Shown here piece by piece: positions 1-13,620 of a stretch of DNA of 64,000 nucleotides. The notes beneath the pieces were generated by a model. That model ran no database searches. It saw only the letters and a list, made by a program, of their open reading frames with translations, and was not told the DNA's origin. The DNA comes from the human T2T-CHM13v2.0 reference genome, Homo sapiens: assembly GCF_009914755.1 (NCBI RefSeq), contig NC_060929.1, one strand, 5' to 3'. Position 1 is the stretch's first letter; every line of letters starts with the position of its first letter. The position numbers and the translations under genes were made by a program.

Positions 1-27
1 TAGTGGACAGATTAAGAATCCAGACTT

Positions 28-330
28 GGCCAGGTGCAGTGGCTCACACCTGTCATCCCAGCACTTTGGGAGGGCTAGGAGGGAGTATTGCTTGAGCCTA
101 GGAGTTTGAGACCAGCCAGGGTAACATAGGGAGACCCCATCTCCACAAAAAATTAAATATTAGCCAAGCATGTTGGCATGTGTCTATAGTCCCAGCAACT
201 TGGGAGGCTGAGGTGGCAGGATCACTTGGGCCCCAGGGGGTTGAAGCTGCAGTTAGCCAAGATCACACCACTGCACTGCAGCCTGGGTGACAGAGTGAGA
301 TCCTGTCTCAAAATAAATAAATAAATAAAA
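28..330 (+). mobile_element. Alu SINE (AluJ-like), full length
   Basis: GGCCAGGTGCAGTGGCTCAC start, dimeric structure, (TAAA)n tail, TSD AATCCAGACTT at 17-27 and 329-339. Confidence 0.95.
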
Positions 331-347
331 TCCAGACTTCAGTATAT

Positions 348-1005
<658 letters not shown>

Positions 1006-1580
1006 TATATCCAAAATAATTGAAAGAAAGGACTCAAACAGATACTTGTACACAAATGATCATAGCAACACTCTTCACAATAGCCAGAAGGAGGAAGCAA
1101 CCCAAGTGTCTATTGACAGATGAGTCGATAAACAACATGTGGTATATCCATACGATGGAATATTATTTAGCCTTAAAAAGGAAGAAAATTCTGATAACGT
1201 GCTGCAATGTGGATGAAAATTGAGGGCACTACGCTAAGTGTAGTGCAATCTCGGGTACTATGATAAGTCAGTCACAAAAAGACAATTGAGGGTACTACGA
1301 TAAGTCAGTCACAAAAAGACAAATGTTGTATGATTCCACTTATATAAGTAGTCAAACTCAAAGAGACAGAAAGTAGAATGGTGGTTGCCAGGGCTGGGCG
1401 AGGGGACGTGGAGAGTTGTTTCATACATATGTCTCAGTTTTGCAAGATGTAAGAGTTCTGGAAGTGGGTCGCACAACAATGCGGGTACACTTAACACCAC
1501 TGAGCTGTACACTCAAAAATGGTTATGATGGTGAATTTCATGTTATGTGTTTTTTTTTAAACTACAATTTTAAAAAAGAA
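1006..1580 (+). mobile_element. L1 3' fragment (L1MB-like)
   Basis: TTCACAATAGCC...AACCCAAGTGTC...GGAATATTATTTAGCCTTAAAAAGGAAG and old L1M 3' UTR, ending in an A-rich tail. Confidence 0.85.
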
Positions 1581-1869
1581 AAAGAATCTGGACTTTTGAG
1601 AAGAGAGGCCTGGGTTACAACCTGAACTCTGATGTAAATGGAAAGAACAACGTTACCAGTCTCTTGGGGTGAACCTGAGTCTTGCATGCGATACTAATGT
1701 AAAATCCAGTGCCTGATACGTGGTATGTACTTAACAAATGTTATATCTTTGCTTGTATTATCCTGAATGCTCAATAAACATCGGTTGAAATAAATGAATG
1801 AAACAAATGTTTAAAAAGGTAACAGCACTCACTCTTCAAAGGAGGCTTTGTGTTGGGAGCTATTGTTGG

Positions 1870-3208
1870 GCCTCTCCAGTGCTGAATCCAGGAGTCCCAT
1901 CTTGACTGTCGGTGGCCTTTGTTGCAGTTGTTCCTTCTTTTCTTCCTGAAACCTTTTCTTCACCTGGCTTCAGGGACAGGACTCTCTCTTGGTTCTCCTT
2001 GTACCTCCCCACCCTCAACGTCTCAATCTCCTTTGCTGGTCCTCCTCAGCTTCCTGACCCGTCAATGCTAATGTGCTTGGGACCCAGTGATTCCTTCTCT
2101 TCCCTTTTCTATCTGTACGTACTCCGTAGGAGGCCTCAGCCAGACTCATGGCTCCACATCCCATTAATGCATACATTAATACCATAGATACATACATAAT
2201 ACAGCTCTCCACCTTGCACCTCTCCCCTGAAATCCAGACCATTATATATCCACTCTCTCCTTGATGCTTCCACTTGAATGTCTAACTCAACATTTTAATA
2301 AACAAATAGAAGACATCCAATTTAGTACATCTAAAAAGAATCCTATCTCAGTAAACGACAACTCCACTTCCAATTGTTTAGACCAAAAATCTGGGAATCA
2401 TCCTTACCTTCTCTCTTTCTCTCATGTCCCCCATTTGAGCTATCGGTAAATCCCATCTGTTCAGCCTTCAGAATCTACCCACTTCATTCCACTGCTATCA
2501 TCTCATTCCAAGCCCAAAACCCTTTGCCTGGATTACTGTTATTGACTTGTCAGTGATCTCCTTGCATTTATCTTGAACCCCCTTCTCAACAATGTATTCC
2601 TGACACAGCAAACGGAGTGATCCTTTAAAAACTGAAGATCATATCCTTTCTCCCATCAAAACATCCTATGGCCTCATTTTTCACTCAGGGTGAAAGCAAA
2701 GTCCTTGCAGTGCCTGTAAGTCCACATACTCTGGCACTGTCATATCTGAGACTTTAACTGCTACCATGGTCCCATTGGCTCACCCTGCTCCAGCTTCTCC
2801 GCCTTCCTGCAGTTGTTTGCATATGCTTGCAGGCTCTTGCCCCAGGGCCTTTGCACTCCCTCTCCAGGGCCCCTCTTCCTGCTGATATAACCATGGTATG
2901 CTTCCTCCATTTGTGCAGATCTCTACTCACAGACCGTATTATTGGAGAGATCTTTGTGCCCCCTCTATGAGGAGTCATATCCCTCCACTGATCTACCTCC
3001 TTTTCTACCCTTTACCTTGCTATACTTGTCTATCACCATCTGATACACTATACGTCTCACTGACTGTTCTTTTACATTGTCTATTGACTCCCTAAAATGT
3101 CAGCTCTATGGGGTCAGGGACCTTGCCTGACTCTTGCACTGATGTTTCTCAAGAGCCCAGTGCCAAGCACATGGTAGATCTTCAGTAAATATGTATCCAG
3201 TGAATCAG
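1870..3208 (+). mobile_element. L2 LINE (L2a-like) 3' portion
   Basis: CT-rich L2 ORF2 relic (CTTCCTGAAACCTTTTCTTCACCTGGCTTC) through the 3' end CAGTGCCAAGCACATGGTAG...TAAATAT. Confidence 0.8.
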
Positions 3209-3825
3209 TGTGCACGTCTGCAAAGAGGCTGTGACCTGCGTGAGTTTTCCAGCTGTAAGAGTCAATGAATGGCCGAGACTCTCCGTGTTGCATCTTTCCT
3301 AGAGGAAAGGGCATTGCTGTTGCAATTGCCTCACAATCAACTGTGCTGGGTGGATTTACTGGGTAATTGCATGGCATTGGCCCAAACTGCAGAAGTAGAT
3401 CTTTTCCCCATTTCTTTAGCGATCTCCTGAAGAGCCTGCCCAGCAACTAGACCCTTCAGCTAGCACCTTTACTAACAGGGCTGGGTTTGTCCAGGGTACC
3501 GGGGTGGGGTCCTGGATCCTCTGAGAAAAGGTCAGTAGAAGTGCAAATGCTGGTCCCCCAGACACTGGATTTGCCGGTCACACGCAGCAGAAAGAACAGC
3601 ATGTTCTTTACAAGCAGAGAACAAACCTCTCCGCAAACCTCCCCACTTGAGCTGGGATTTTCCTTCCTCCCCTATAGTGAGCCAGGCCTTGACCATAGCA
3701 ACTGGCAGCATTTCCCTGATTCCCAGGCTTTCGTTTTGCGTTGCCACGGAAATGGACCACTGGACTCCAAGACATATTCCAGTGACATTCATTCACACAC
3801 CTGATTGTCCTCTCCGAGGGCCCAA

Positions 3826-3871
3826 ACACACATACACACACATGCGCGCACGCACACGCACACATACACAC
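3826..3871. repeat. Imperfect (CA)n/(CG) microsatellite
   Basis: Alternating purine-pyrimidine run. Confidence 0.8.
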
Positions 3872-5170
3872 AAAGTGACCTTGATGCGATCGTTCTAATT
3901 GCCCTGTAACACCGCAGACACGAGAATGAGTGGGTCACATGGCAGCTACTTAAGACTCACATGGGCTGCTCATGTGGCCCATGTGCAAAGATGAGGGGGA
4001 AGTAACCTCGATTCACAAATGCGATAATCTTGGCAGGAATCTCTCCCGCTTTTCCCCCTTGCATTCAGCTAAGAGGCAAAACCAAAAGAGAGGCTTTTTG
4101 ATTTAAGGCAAAATCAAATCCTTGTTCTAGTTCTACTCAATGGGGAGGGGGAAGATAAATACCTTGCTCTGCTTCTGAGCTCGCTGTAATCTCTTGTCCC
4201 TCACAGCGTGCCCGCTACTCCACATGGCCTGGCTATGCCAGGATTCTCAAGCTGGTGAGAGCCCAAGCTCCTCACTTTAGAATGGACAGAGAATATGCCA
4301 CCTAATGTTTGTTTTCAGCTTCTTGGGATCTTTGCAAAATTACCACAGAAATGTTTTCTGTGGGTATATTGCTATATCAATGTACTACATATGCAAGTAT
4401 GTGCTTGGTAGGTGTGATATATTGGAAGAAGGTGCTGGTGTATGAGTCTTTGTGCCTGTGGAGAGAATATGAGGCTGGGATGTAAATGCATAGATATGCA
4501 CCTGTGTGCATGGTGTGTGGAAATGATCTCTGCAGTTGTACACATGATCTCTACATAAGGGCATGGTGCATGCATGCACATTTGCGTGTTTCTGCATGTG
4601 GAGTGTGTACTTGGACTACACATGCTCATAGGGAACTCATCTGCAAATGCTAAACCATCAGTTGTCCCCTGGCCCCACTTGCTGCACCACACAAGGCTCC
4701 CTCCATAGCCTCGCTGGCCTCCCTAGAGGACTTATTGTTTAAGATGAATGATCAGAGAAATTGTGGCTGAGTTTCTACCCCTCAAAGGTTTTTGTCCCAG
4801 GGGTCAGGGAGTCCGAGTCCAGCTGGCGGTTTGTGAGGACAGTCATAAGGAGAAATGAAGTTCCTTGGCGCCTGGAACCTAAGGAGTTCTGCTTTTCTGT
4901 GAAGCACTACACCTACTTACACAGTCAGCCTGGCAGAAAGATCCAGCAACGAGATTCCTGTTTCCAACCCACACTCTCACCAATATGTATGCTCAGGCTC
5001 CTTGCAACTTTGGGTGACACAATAATTTGATTTCTTCACTGAAAACATACACCCACACCCATCCCCGCCCCGCAACCTCCCCCGCCTCCCCACACACTCA
5101 CCATTAACATTAGGACTGTGCTGCAAACTGACCACAGCCAACCTAGGAAAGAGGGCTCCAGCAATCACTA

Positions 5171-5717
<547 letters not shown>

Positions 5718-6032
5718 CATACCTTTTTGAGAGTCTGTGTATAAAATGAAGATATTAATCTATATCTAGCAGGACTGTTTTGGAGATTAAGTATCAACAA
5801 ATGCCAGGACCAAATCTGATAGCTAAACCCACTGGTTTTCAAATGTATCTCTTTGCCACATATTGATGGGAATGAGGTTCTCTGCTCTCCAATCTGGTTG
5901 CTTAATTTTCCAATGTGTTACCCTCCCTAGATTCTGGAAGGGTCAAAGCACTTTAGAATTTCTCTGTTTTATTCTTTCTTTTCACAAGAGCTCTTTCTTA
6001 TTCTCTGACCTTTCATTTTTATAGCCTCTTAG

Positions 6033-6428
<396 letters not shown>

Positions 6429-6914
6429 TTAATACTGTTATTGTTCTTCTTAGCCATTGTTCACAGTTTTCTTCTGCTCCCAGTAATGTCTCTATCACCT
6501 TTGGGCTCCTTTTTCTCTGTTTTGTTCCAGAGGCTTTGTTTGATTGCCCAGTGACTGTGGCTGATGTTCGTATCTAAGAGCCAAAAAGCTGTTTAGAAGC
6601 TCATGAATAATCTTGTTGACTGATGAGCTTTACTATTGGATGAAAAGTTAGTGATTTTGCTCTTAGGTTGGTCAACTTCCCTAGAAAGCGCTTCTCCAGT
6701 CTGCTGCTTGGGAACTATTACTCTGGGAGCCAGTGTGGGTCTCACTATTCAATATGAAACTTTCATTTAATACCCCTCTAAAATAGACTTTTGCCCCTGT
6801 CCTGAGTGAAGCCCCGTGTCTTTTCTGGTTTATCGTCCACCAAATAAAAGCATCCAGTATTTTATTATGATAGAGGAGGAACATTTTCTTGGATTCACTA
6901 TTTGGGGAAGAAGT

Positions 6915-7965
6915 GAGGGTGATGATGGTGATGGTGTGGTGATGCTGGTAGTAGCAGTGTAGAAGTGATGATGGTGGTGGTAATGATGGTGGTGATAGTT
7001 GTGGTGGTAATGGTGGTGGAGGCACTATCAACAGATGGTGATGGTGGTGGTGGCAGTGGTGATAGTGATGGAGGTGATGATGGTCATGGCGGTGGTTGTG
7101 GTGGTGGTAGTAAAGGTGGTGGAGGTGGTGATGGTGACGGTGGCAGTGGCAGTGGTGATAGTGATGGAGGTGGCAATGGTCATGGTGGTGGTGGTGGTAA
7201 TGGTGGTGGAGGTGGCGATGGTCATGGTGGTGGTGGTGGTAACGGTGGTGGAGGTGGTGATGGTGATGGTGGTAGTGGCAATGGTGATAGTGATGGAGGT
7301 GGCGATGGTCATGGTGGTGGTTGTGGTGGTGATGGTAATGGTGGTGAAGATGGTGATGGTGGTGGCAGTGGTGATAGTGATGGAGGTGGCGATGGTCATG
7401 GTGGTGATCATTGTGGTGGTAATGGTGGTGGAGGTGGTGATGGTGATGGTGGTGGTGGTGGTTATGGTGGTGGAGATGGTGGTGGTGATGGTGGAGGAGG
7501 TGGTGGTGGTGATGGTGGCAGTGGCAGTGGTGATAGTGATGGAGGTGACAATGGTCATTGTGGTGGTGGTTGTTGTGGTAATGGTGGTGGAGGTGGTGAT
7601 GGTGATGGTAGTGGTGGCAGTGGTGATGGTGATGGTAGTGGTGGCAGTGGTGATAGTGATGGAGGTGGTGATGGTGATGGTGGCAGTGGCAGTGGTGATA
7701 GTGATGGAGGTGGCAATAGTCATTGTGATGATGGTGGTGGTGGTAATGGTGGTGGAGGTGGTGATGGTGATGGTAGTGGTGGCAGTGGTGATAGTGATGG
7801 AGGTGATGATGGTCATGGTGGTGGTGGTGGTGATGGTGGTGGTGGTGGTGATGGTGAAGGTGGTGATAGTGGTTGGTGATGGTGTTGGAAGTGGTAGTGG
7901 TGACAGTGGTGGTGGAGGTGGTGTTGGTTGTGGTGGTGCTGTTGATGACACTAGTAGTGATAGTG
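6915..7965. repeat. (GGT/GAT)n low-complexity VNTR with higher-order units
   Basis: About 1.05 kb of GGT/GAT/AGT triplets; motif GCAGTGGTGATAGTGATGGAGGTG recurs about 8 times. Confidence 0.95.
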
Positions 7966-7967
7966 AA

Positions 7968-8397
7968 TGATATGGTCTGGAACTGTGTACCCATCCAAAT
8001 CTCATGTCCAACTGTAATCCCCAATATGGGAGGTGGGGCCTGGTGGGAGGTGATTGGATCATGGGGGCGGAGTCCTCATGAATGGTTTAGCATCATCCTT
8101 TCAGTGCCATTCTCGTGATAGTGAATGAGTGAGTTATCATAAAATCTAGTTGTTTCAAAAGTGTGTAGCACCTCCCTGGCTTCTCTTTCTTCCTCCTGCT
8201 CCGGCCACATGAAGTGCTGGCTCCCCATTTGCCTTCTGCCATGATTTTAAGTTTCCTGAGGCCTCCCCAGAAGCCAAGCAGTTGCTACCATGCTTCCTAT
8301 ACAGCCTGCAGAACCATGAGCCAATTCGACCTCTTTCCTTTATAAATTACCCAGTCTCAGGTATTTCTTTATGGCAATGTGAGGATGGAGTAATACA
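7968..8397 (+). mobile_element. MSTA-like ERVL-MaLR solo LTR
   Basis: TGATATGGT...CCAAATCTCATG...ATAAATTACCCAGTCTCAGGTATTTC...TAATACA; TG...CA termini. Confidence 0.9.
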
Positions 8398-8579
8398 TTG
8401 ATGGTGCTATCTTTTGCTTTAATGACTCTTACTGTTTTCAGTTCTACTCCTCACCCTACCACAGAGCCACCTGATATCTCTAATTCCTGAGATGTTTCAG
8501 GGTCCTCTGCTTTCTCTCTTATGTGCTTTCTCCAGTTGCCAAAGGAATTAGTATTCACCCATCTGCTTTCATTTTTCTA

Positions 8580-10490
8580 AAAATTAATTGATGGCTTCAG
8601 TAAAGTTTCAGGTTAAAATCAATGTACAAAAATTTGTAGTATTTCTATACACCAATAATGTTCAAGCTGAGAGCCAAATCAAGAACACAATCTAATTTAA
8701 AATAGCCACATACAAAAAATAAAATACCTAAGAATACACCTTACCAAAAAGGTGAAAGGTCTGCAAGGAGAACTACAAAACACTGCTGAAAGAAATCATA
8801 GATGACACAAACAAATTAAAAAAAAACAGCCATGCTCGTGGATTGAAAGAATCAATATTGTTAAAATGGCCCATACTGTCCAAAGCAATCTACAGATTCA
8901 ACGCTATCTTTATTGAACTACCAATGTCATTTTTCACAGAATTGGAAAAAATTATTTTAAAATTCAAACGGAACCAAAAGAGAACCTGAATAGACAGAGC
9001 TACGTAAGCAAAAAGACCAAAGCCAGAGGCATCACGTTACCCTACTTCAAACTATACTATAAGGCTACAGTAACCAAAACAGCATGGTACTGGTACAAAA
9101 ACAGACACATAGACCACATGGAACAGAATAGAGAACCTAGAAAAGAAGCCTCACACTTACAGCCATCTGATCCTTGAATAAGTTGACAAAAATAAGCAAT
9201 GGGAAAAGGACTTCCTACTCAATAAATGGTGCTGGGACAGCTGGCTAGCCATATGCAGAAGAATAAAACTGGAGCACTACCTTTCACTATATACAAAAAT
9301 TAACTCAAGATGGGTTAAAGATTTAAATGTAAGACCTCAAACTACAAGAATCCTAGGGAAAAACCCAGGAAATACCATTCTAGGCATTGGTCTTGGGAAA
9401 TAATTTATGACTAAGTCCTCAAAAGCAATTGCAACAAAAACAACAATTTGACAAGTGGGACCTAATTAAACTAAAGAGCTTCTGCACAGCAAAAGAAGCT
9501 ATCCACAGAAGAAACAGACAACCTACAGAGTAGAAGAAAATATTTACAAACTTTGCATCTGACAAAGGGCTGATATCCAGAATCTACAAGGAACTTGAAC
9601 CATTTAACAGGAAAAAAACCAAACAACCTCATTAAAAATGGGCAAAAGACATAACCAGACACTTCTCAAAAGAAGACATACAAGTGGCCAATAAACAGAA
9701 AAAAATATTCTACATCACTAATCATCAGAGAAATGCAAATCTAAACCACAATGAGATACTCACACCAGTCAGAATGGCTATTAATAAAAAGTCAAAAAAC
9801 AACAGATGTTGGTGAGGCTGTGGAAAAAGGGAATGCTTACACATTGTTGGTGGGAATGTAAATTAGCTTAGCCATTGTGGAAAGCAATTTAGAGATTTCT
9901 CAAAGAACTTAGAACTACCATTTGACCCAGCAATCCCATTACTGGGTATATATCCAAAGGAAACAAATCATTCTATCAAAAAGACACATTCACTCACATG
10001 TTCATCACAGCACTTCTCACAATAGCAAAAACATAAAATCAACCCTACTGTCCATCAACAGTGGACTGGATAAAGAAAATGTGGCACATATACACCGTGG
10101 GGTACTACACAGCCATAAAAAGAATGAAATCATGTCCTTTGCAGCAACATGGGTGCAGCTGGAGCCATTATCCTAAGGGAATTAACACAGAAACAGAAAA
10201 CCAAATACCGCATGTTTTCACTTATAAGTGGGAGCTAAACGTTAGGTATTCATGGGGATAAAGATGAGAACAATAGACAGTGGGGACTACTTGATAGTGC
10301 AAGGAGGGAGGGGTCGAAGGCTGAAAAATTAACTGTTGGGTCCTATGCTTACAACTTGGCTAATGAGACAATTCGTATCCCAAACCTCAGCATCATGCAA
10401 TATACCCATGCAACAAACCTGCACATGTACCCTCAAGCTAAAAATAACAGTTTAAACAGGAGAAAAAAAAATTTAACAGGAAAAAAAAGG
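8580..10490 (+). mobile_element. 5'-truncated L1 (old L1PA/L1PB-type): ORF2 3' part plus 3' UTR, degenerate
   Basis: Continuous ORF2 similarity (GCATGGTACTGGTAC, CACACCAGTCAGAATGGC, GACCCAGCAATCCCATTACTGGG) and 3' UTR AAACCTGCACATGTACC; reading frame broken. Confidence 0.93.
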
Positions 10491-10793
10491 AAGAAGATTC
10501 AACTTGGAAGAGACAGTAAGTAGAGGAGAGAAATTTTTCTGCCAGGTAAACCTTTCTTCATTTGATGGAAGCCCCACCCTTTTCATTATCCCCCACAGCT
10601 CCTTCACCTGCATTCCTAGGTAGAAGACTCATTTTGTACCTTGTTTCTGCTGCTTTTAGAGAACTGCTATGGGTTCCCTGGGTCAGCTTTGAGTCTGCAA
10701 TAGTTATTTCAGCCATTGTTGGATGACTCTCCAGTGTCCCATTTCTCCCTTCCTCCATCCCAGTAGGACCCAGTGTTCTCTCCACCCCACACA

Positions 10794-10796
<3 letters not shown>

Positions 10797-10834
<38 letters not shown>
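10797..10834. repeat. (TG)n microsatellite
   Basis: About 19 perfect TG units. Confidence 0.97.
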
Positions 10835-10835
<1 letters not shown>

Positions 10836-10949
10836 CTTAAATAACATTTATTTCTATGTTATTGGAGGGCTCTCACCCGCCCTTAGCTTCAGAGCGGGAC
10901 TGTGTATGTCAATCAGCACATTCTGCCGTCACTGGTTCAGGGTAGGCTT

Positions 10950-11320
10950 GTGTTGGGGGCTAAATTTTGTGTATCCCACACCCCTTGCCAAATTCATATA
11001 TTGAAACCTCAAACCCTACTACCTCAGAATGTGACTATATTTGGAAATAGAGCCTTTACAGAGGTAATTAAGTTAAAATGAGGTTGTTAGGGTAGGCCCT
11101 AATCCACTTTGACTGGTGTTCTTATAAGAAGAGGAAATTTAGACACAGAGAAGCACCAGGAATGCTCACACACAGAGGACAGGCCATAAGAGGGGACAGC
11201 GAGAAGGTGGCCATCTGCAAACCAAGGAGAGAGGCCTCAAAACGAACCAACCCTGCCTACATCTTGATCTTGGGCCTCTGGCTTCCAGAGCTGCAAGAAA
11301 TAAATGTTATTTAAGCCCAC
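10950..11320 (+). mobile_element. MLT1 (MLT1B-like) MaLR LTR
   Basis: CCTCAGAATGTGACT...AAGTTAAAATGAGG...CTTATAAGAAGAGGAAA...GGCCATCTGCAA. Confidence 0.85.
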
Positions 11321-11327
11321 TCCTCCA

Positions 11328-11328
<1 letters not shown>

Positions 11329-11376
<48 letters not shown>
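11329..11376. repeat. (CA)n microsatellite
   Basis: Direct observation. Confidence 0.95.
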
Positions 11377-12679
11377 CTAAAATTTTTTTAGTAAAAGAGT
11401 AATTGACCTGCCTAATCTCCTATTGTCCTTGTCTTTGTAAACTTAAACCTTTCTTTTTCCATTATCATTGTCATTTTAGTGCGGTTTGAGGAAGAAGCAG
11501 GTATAAATGAATGCGTGTAATTTTCATTTTAAAATGCAAGTTCCCCGGTGCCCTTTTTAAAATACAGATTTTGCTCTTTTCATCTTATTTCCTGATTTTT
11601 CCCCATTTAGTTTGTTTTTAATATAAATAATAGGTTCTTTCTCCAAGCACATTGAATACTCCAAAATGCAGTGAGACAGAAGAGCTTGCCTCTGTCCCAC
11701 ACATGTTCGGACATCAGGGGCCTGGATTTCTCAGAGAGTGAAAGGGACCTGGGCCACTTCAATTTTTTTGTAGTTTATTTGAGTATATATATTTCAAATG
11801 AAGACATGCTGAAACAAAATTTAGAAAAATTGAGCTATATTTTAAATATTTCCATTTACCAAATGTATGCTTTCAACACTGAAAAAAATACAAAGCACCA
11901 TAATTATGCACTATTCACAAGATAATTACAGGATTTATTGAAAGTATTAATTCGTAACGCACAGCCAGAGTGATACAGGAATGTGACACAAGCTTAAACC
12001 AGTGTGATGAATATCTCCTTTGAATTTGGTCTCAATTCATTTAGAGATAATATCTGCCTTCTAAATGTTAGGATTTCCACTGCTATGGTGGCCATGGTTT
12101 ATGCTTCCGTCCACTCCTGCACGCATCCCTGCCTCAACCCGGCACACACACCCCGGCAGTGAGGTGGGACCTGGAACAACAACTGTGCAACTTCCCCTAA
12201 AGGCAGTGAGAGCAGAATGGCAGGAGTGGGGAGAAAATAATTGCCCCTGTGCCACGGGCCAGGTGGGCCAGGCTGGCTCCGCAGCAAGCTACGCTGCAGC
12301 AGATACTTTCTGCTCCCCAGGCCCAGGTCTTGCATATGATTGTGTCTCTGGAACAGAATGTCCCCTGGGCCCTGAAAAGGAGACAGAAAGGGAGTTAGCT
12401 GACCAACATGGTTTGCCTCCCTTTAAGATGTTCAGTCTACCGGAGACAACCTCAGAAGGACTTGGAACTTCAGTGGATCCCTTTCTTTTCAACACACCTT
12501 AACATTTCAAGCAATACAAAACAGGAAAAAACTCACCCACCCACCATCTCACTCCTCACCAGCCAAATAAATCATCCTTTTTTATTTTTCCATGTTTTCC
12601 TCCTGTTTGTATCATCATAGGCAGATACACACACACACACACATACTCACACATTTATATATCTTGAAATGAGCAGATC

Positions 12680-12905
12680 ACTGGCTCTGAAGTCAGACAG
12701 ACTCGGATTCAAATCTTGTCCCTCTACCTTAACAAATGCATGGCCTAGGTTATACAAATGTCTCTGAACTTCAGTTTTCATTTGTACAAGGGCTGTAATA
12801 ATAGTATCTACTTCATAGGATTATTTCAGAATAAAATAATGTGGCATAATATATGGAAAATGCCAAAGACAGTGCCCGCTGCATAGTAGGTGCTTAATAA
12901 ACAGT
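12680..12905 (+). mobile_element. MIR SINE
   Basis: GGATTCAAATCTTG...CAGTTTTCATTTGTA...TAGTAGGTGCTTAATAAA. Confidence 0.8.
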
Positions 12906-13239
12906 AGCCAAAATTATTTCCATTGATCCTGTAATTCAACAAACGTTTAGCAAGTCTTTATCATGTGTCAGAGAGCAGAGGATAAGACAGAGTGCCTGTC
13001 CTCCAAAAATGCATCATCTAGGGCCAGAGGTGGGGACATAAGCGGACAGTGAGTGTGTGGTATACGAAGGACTCCCATCACATGTGTGCTGGCAGCGATG
13101 GGGCCTGAACTGAGTTGGGCCAGGAAGATAGAAAGGAAAGAGCAAACGGGTCAGGATTTGGTTAACACAGGCTGTGAGCGGTTGGGAGAACTTGCAGAGA
13201 CACAATTTGGTATTCTGCTTTTTCACACTGAACATCAAA

Positions 13240-13620
13240 TTACAAGCACTTCTGATGTTGCTACATAATCTTCCCGTCATTTTTAATGACTGCATAATAT
13301 CACACTGCTTCGAAGTACTGTATTTTCCTTCACCTTTTCCCTGTCATTTGATTTTGAGGTTACCAATTTAGAGCTATTACAGATATTGCTACAATGAACA
13401 TGCATGTGACAGTTTTTTCTTTCAGGGATTATTTCTGCAAGATAAATTCTAGGTCAAAGGGTATGAACATTTTTTAATAGCTCCCACAGCTCACTGCCGA
13501 GTTGTTGTCAAAGGGTTCACACACTGGATATTACCATAATTTTATGTATTTTGTCAGAACAGGTAAAACTGGTACTTCAATGTTGTTTTAATTTCCATTT
13601 CCTTGATGAGTTGTTTGGCA
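13240..13620 (-). mobile_element. Ancient L1 (L1ME-like) fragment
   Basis: GCTACAATGAACAT...GGTCAAAGGGTATGAACATTTTT...GTTTTAATTTCCATTTCC. Confidence 0.6.

Noticed and set aside
4380-4630. TG/CATG-rich stretch as a structured repeat
   Set aside because: Looks like a decayed (TG)n low-complexity region with no consistent unit
6681-8062. Long ORFs (447 aa His-rich, 344 aa Thr-rich, 311 aa Val/Met, 304 aa Gly/Asp)
   Set aside because: All overlap the same triplet repeat on both strands, and the minus-strand ones start inside an MST LTR; they are open only because the repeat lacks stop codons
8580-10490. L1 ORF2 reverse-transcriptase region as an active gene
   Set aside because: 5'-truncated, with many stops and frameshifts; only short ORF fragments remain
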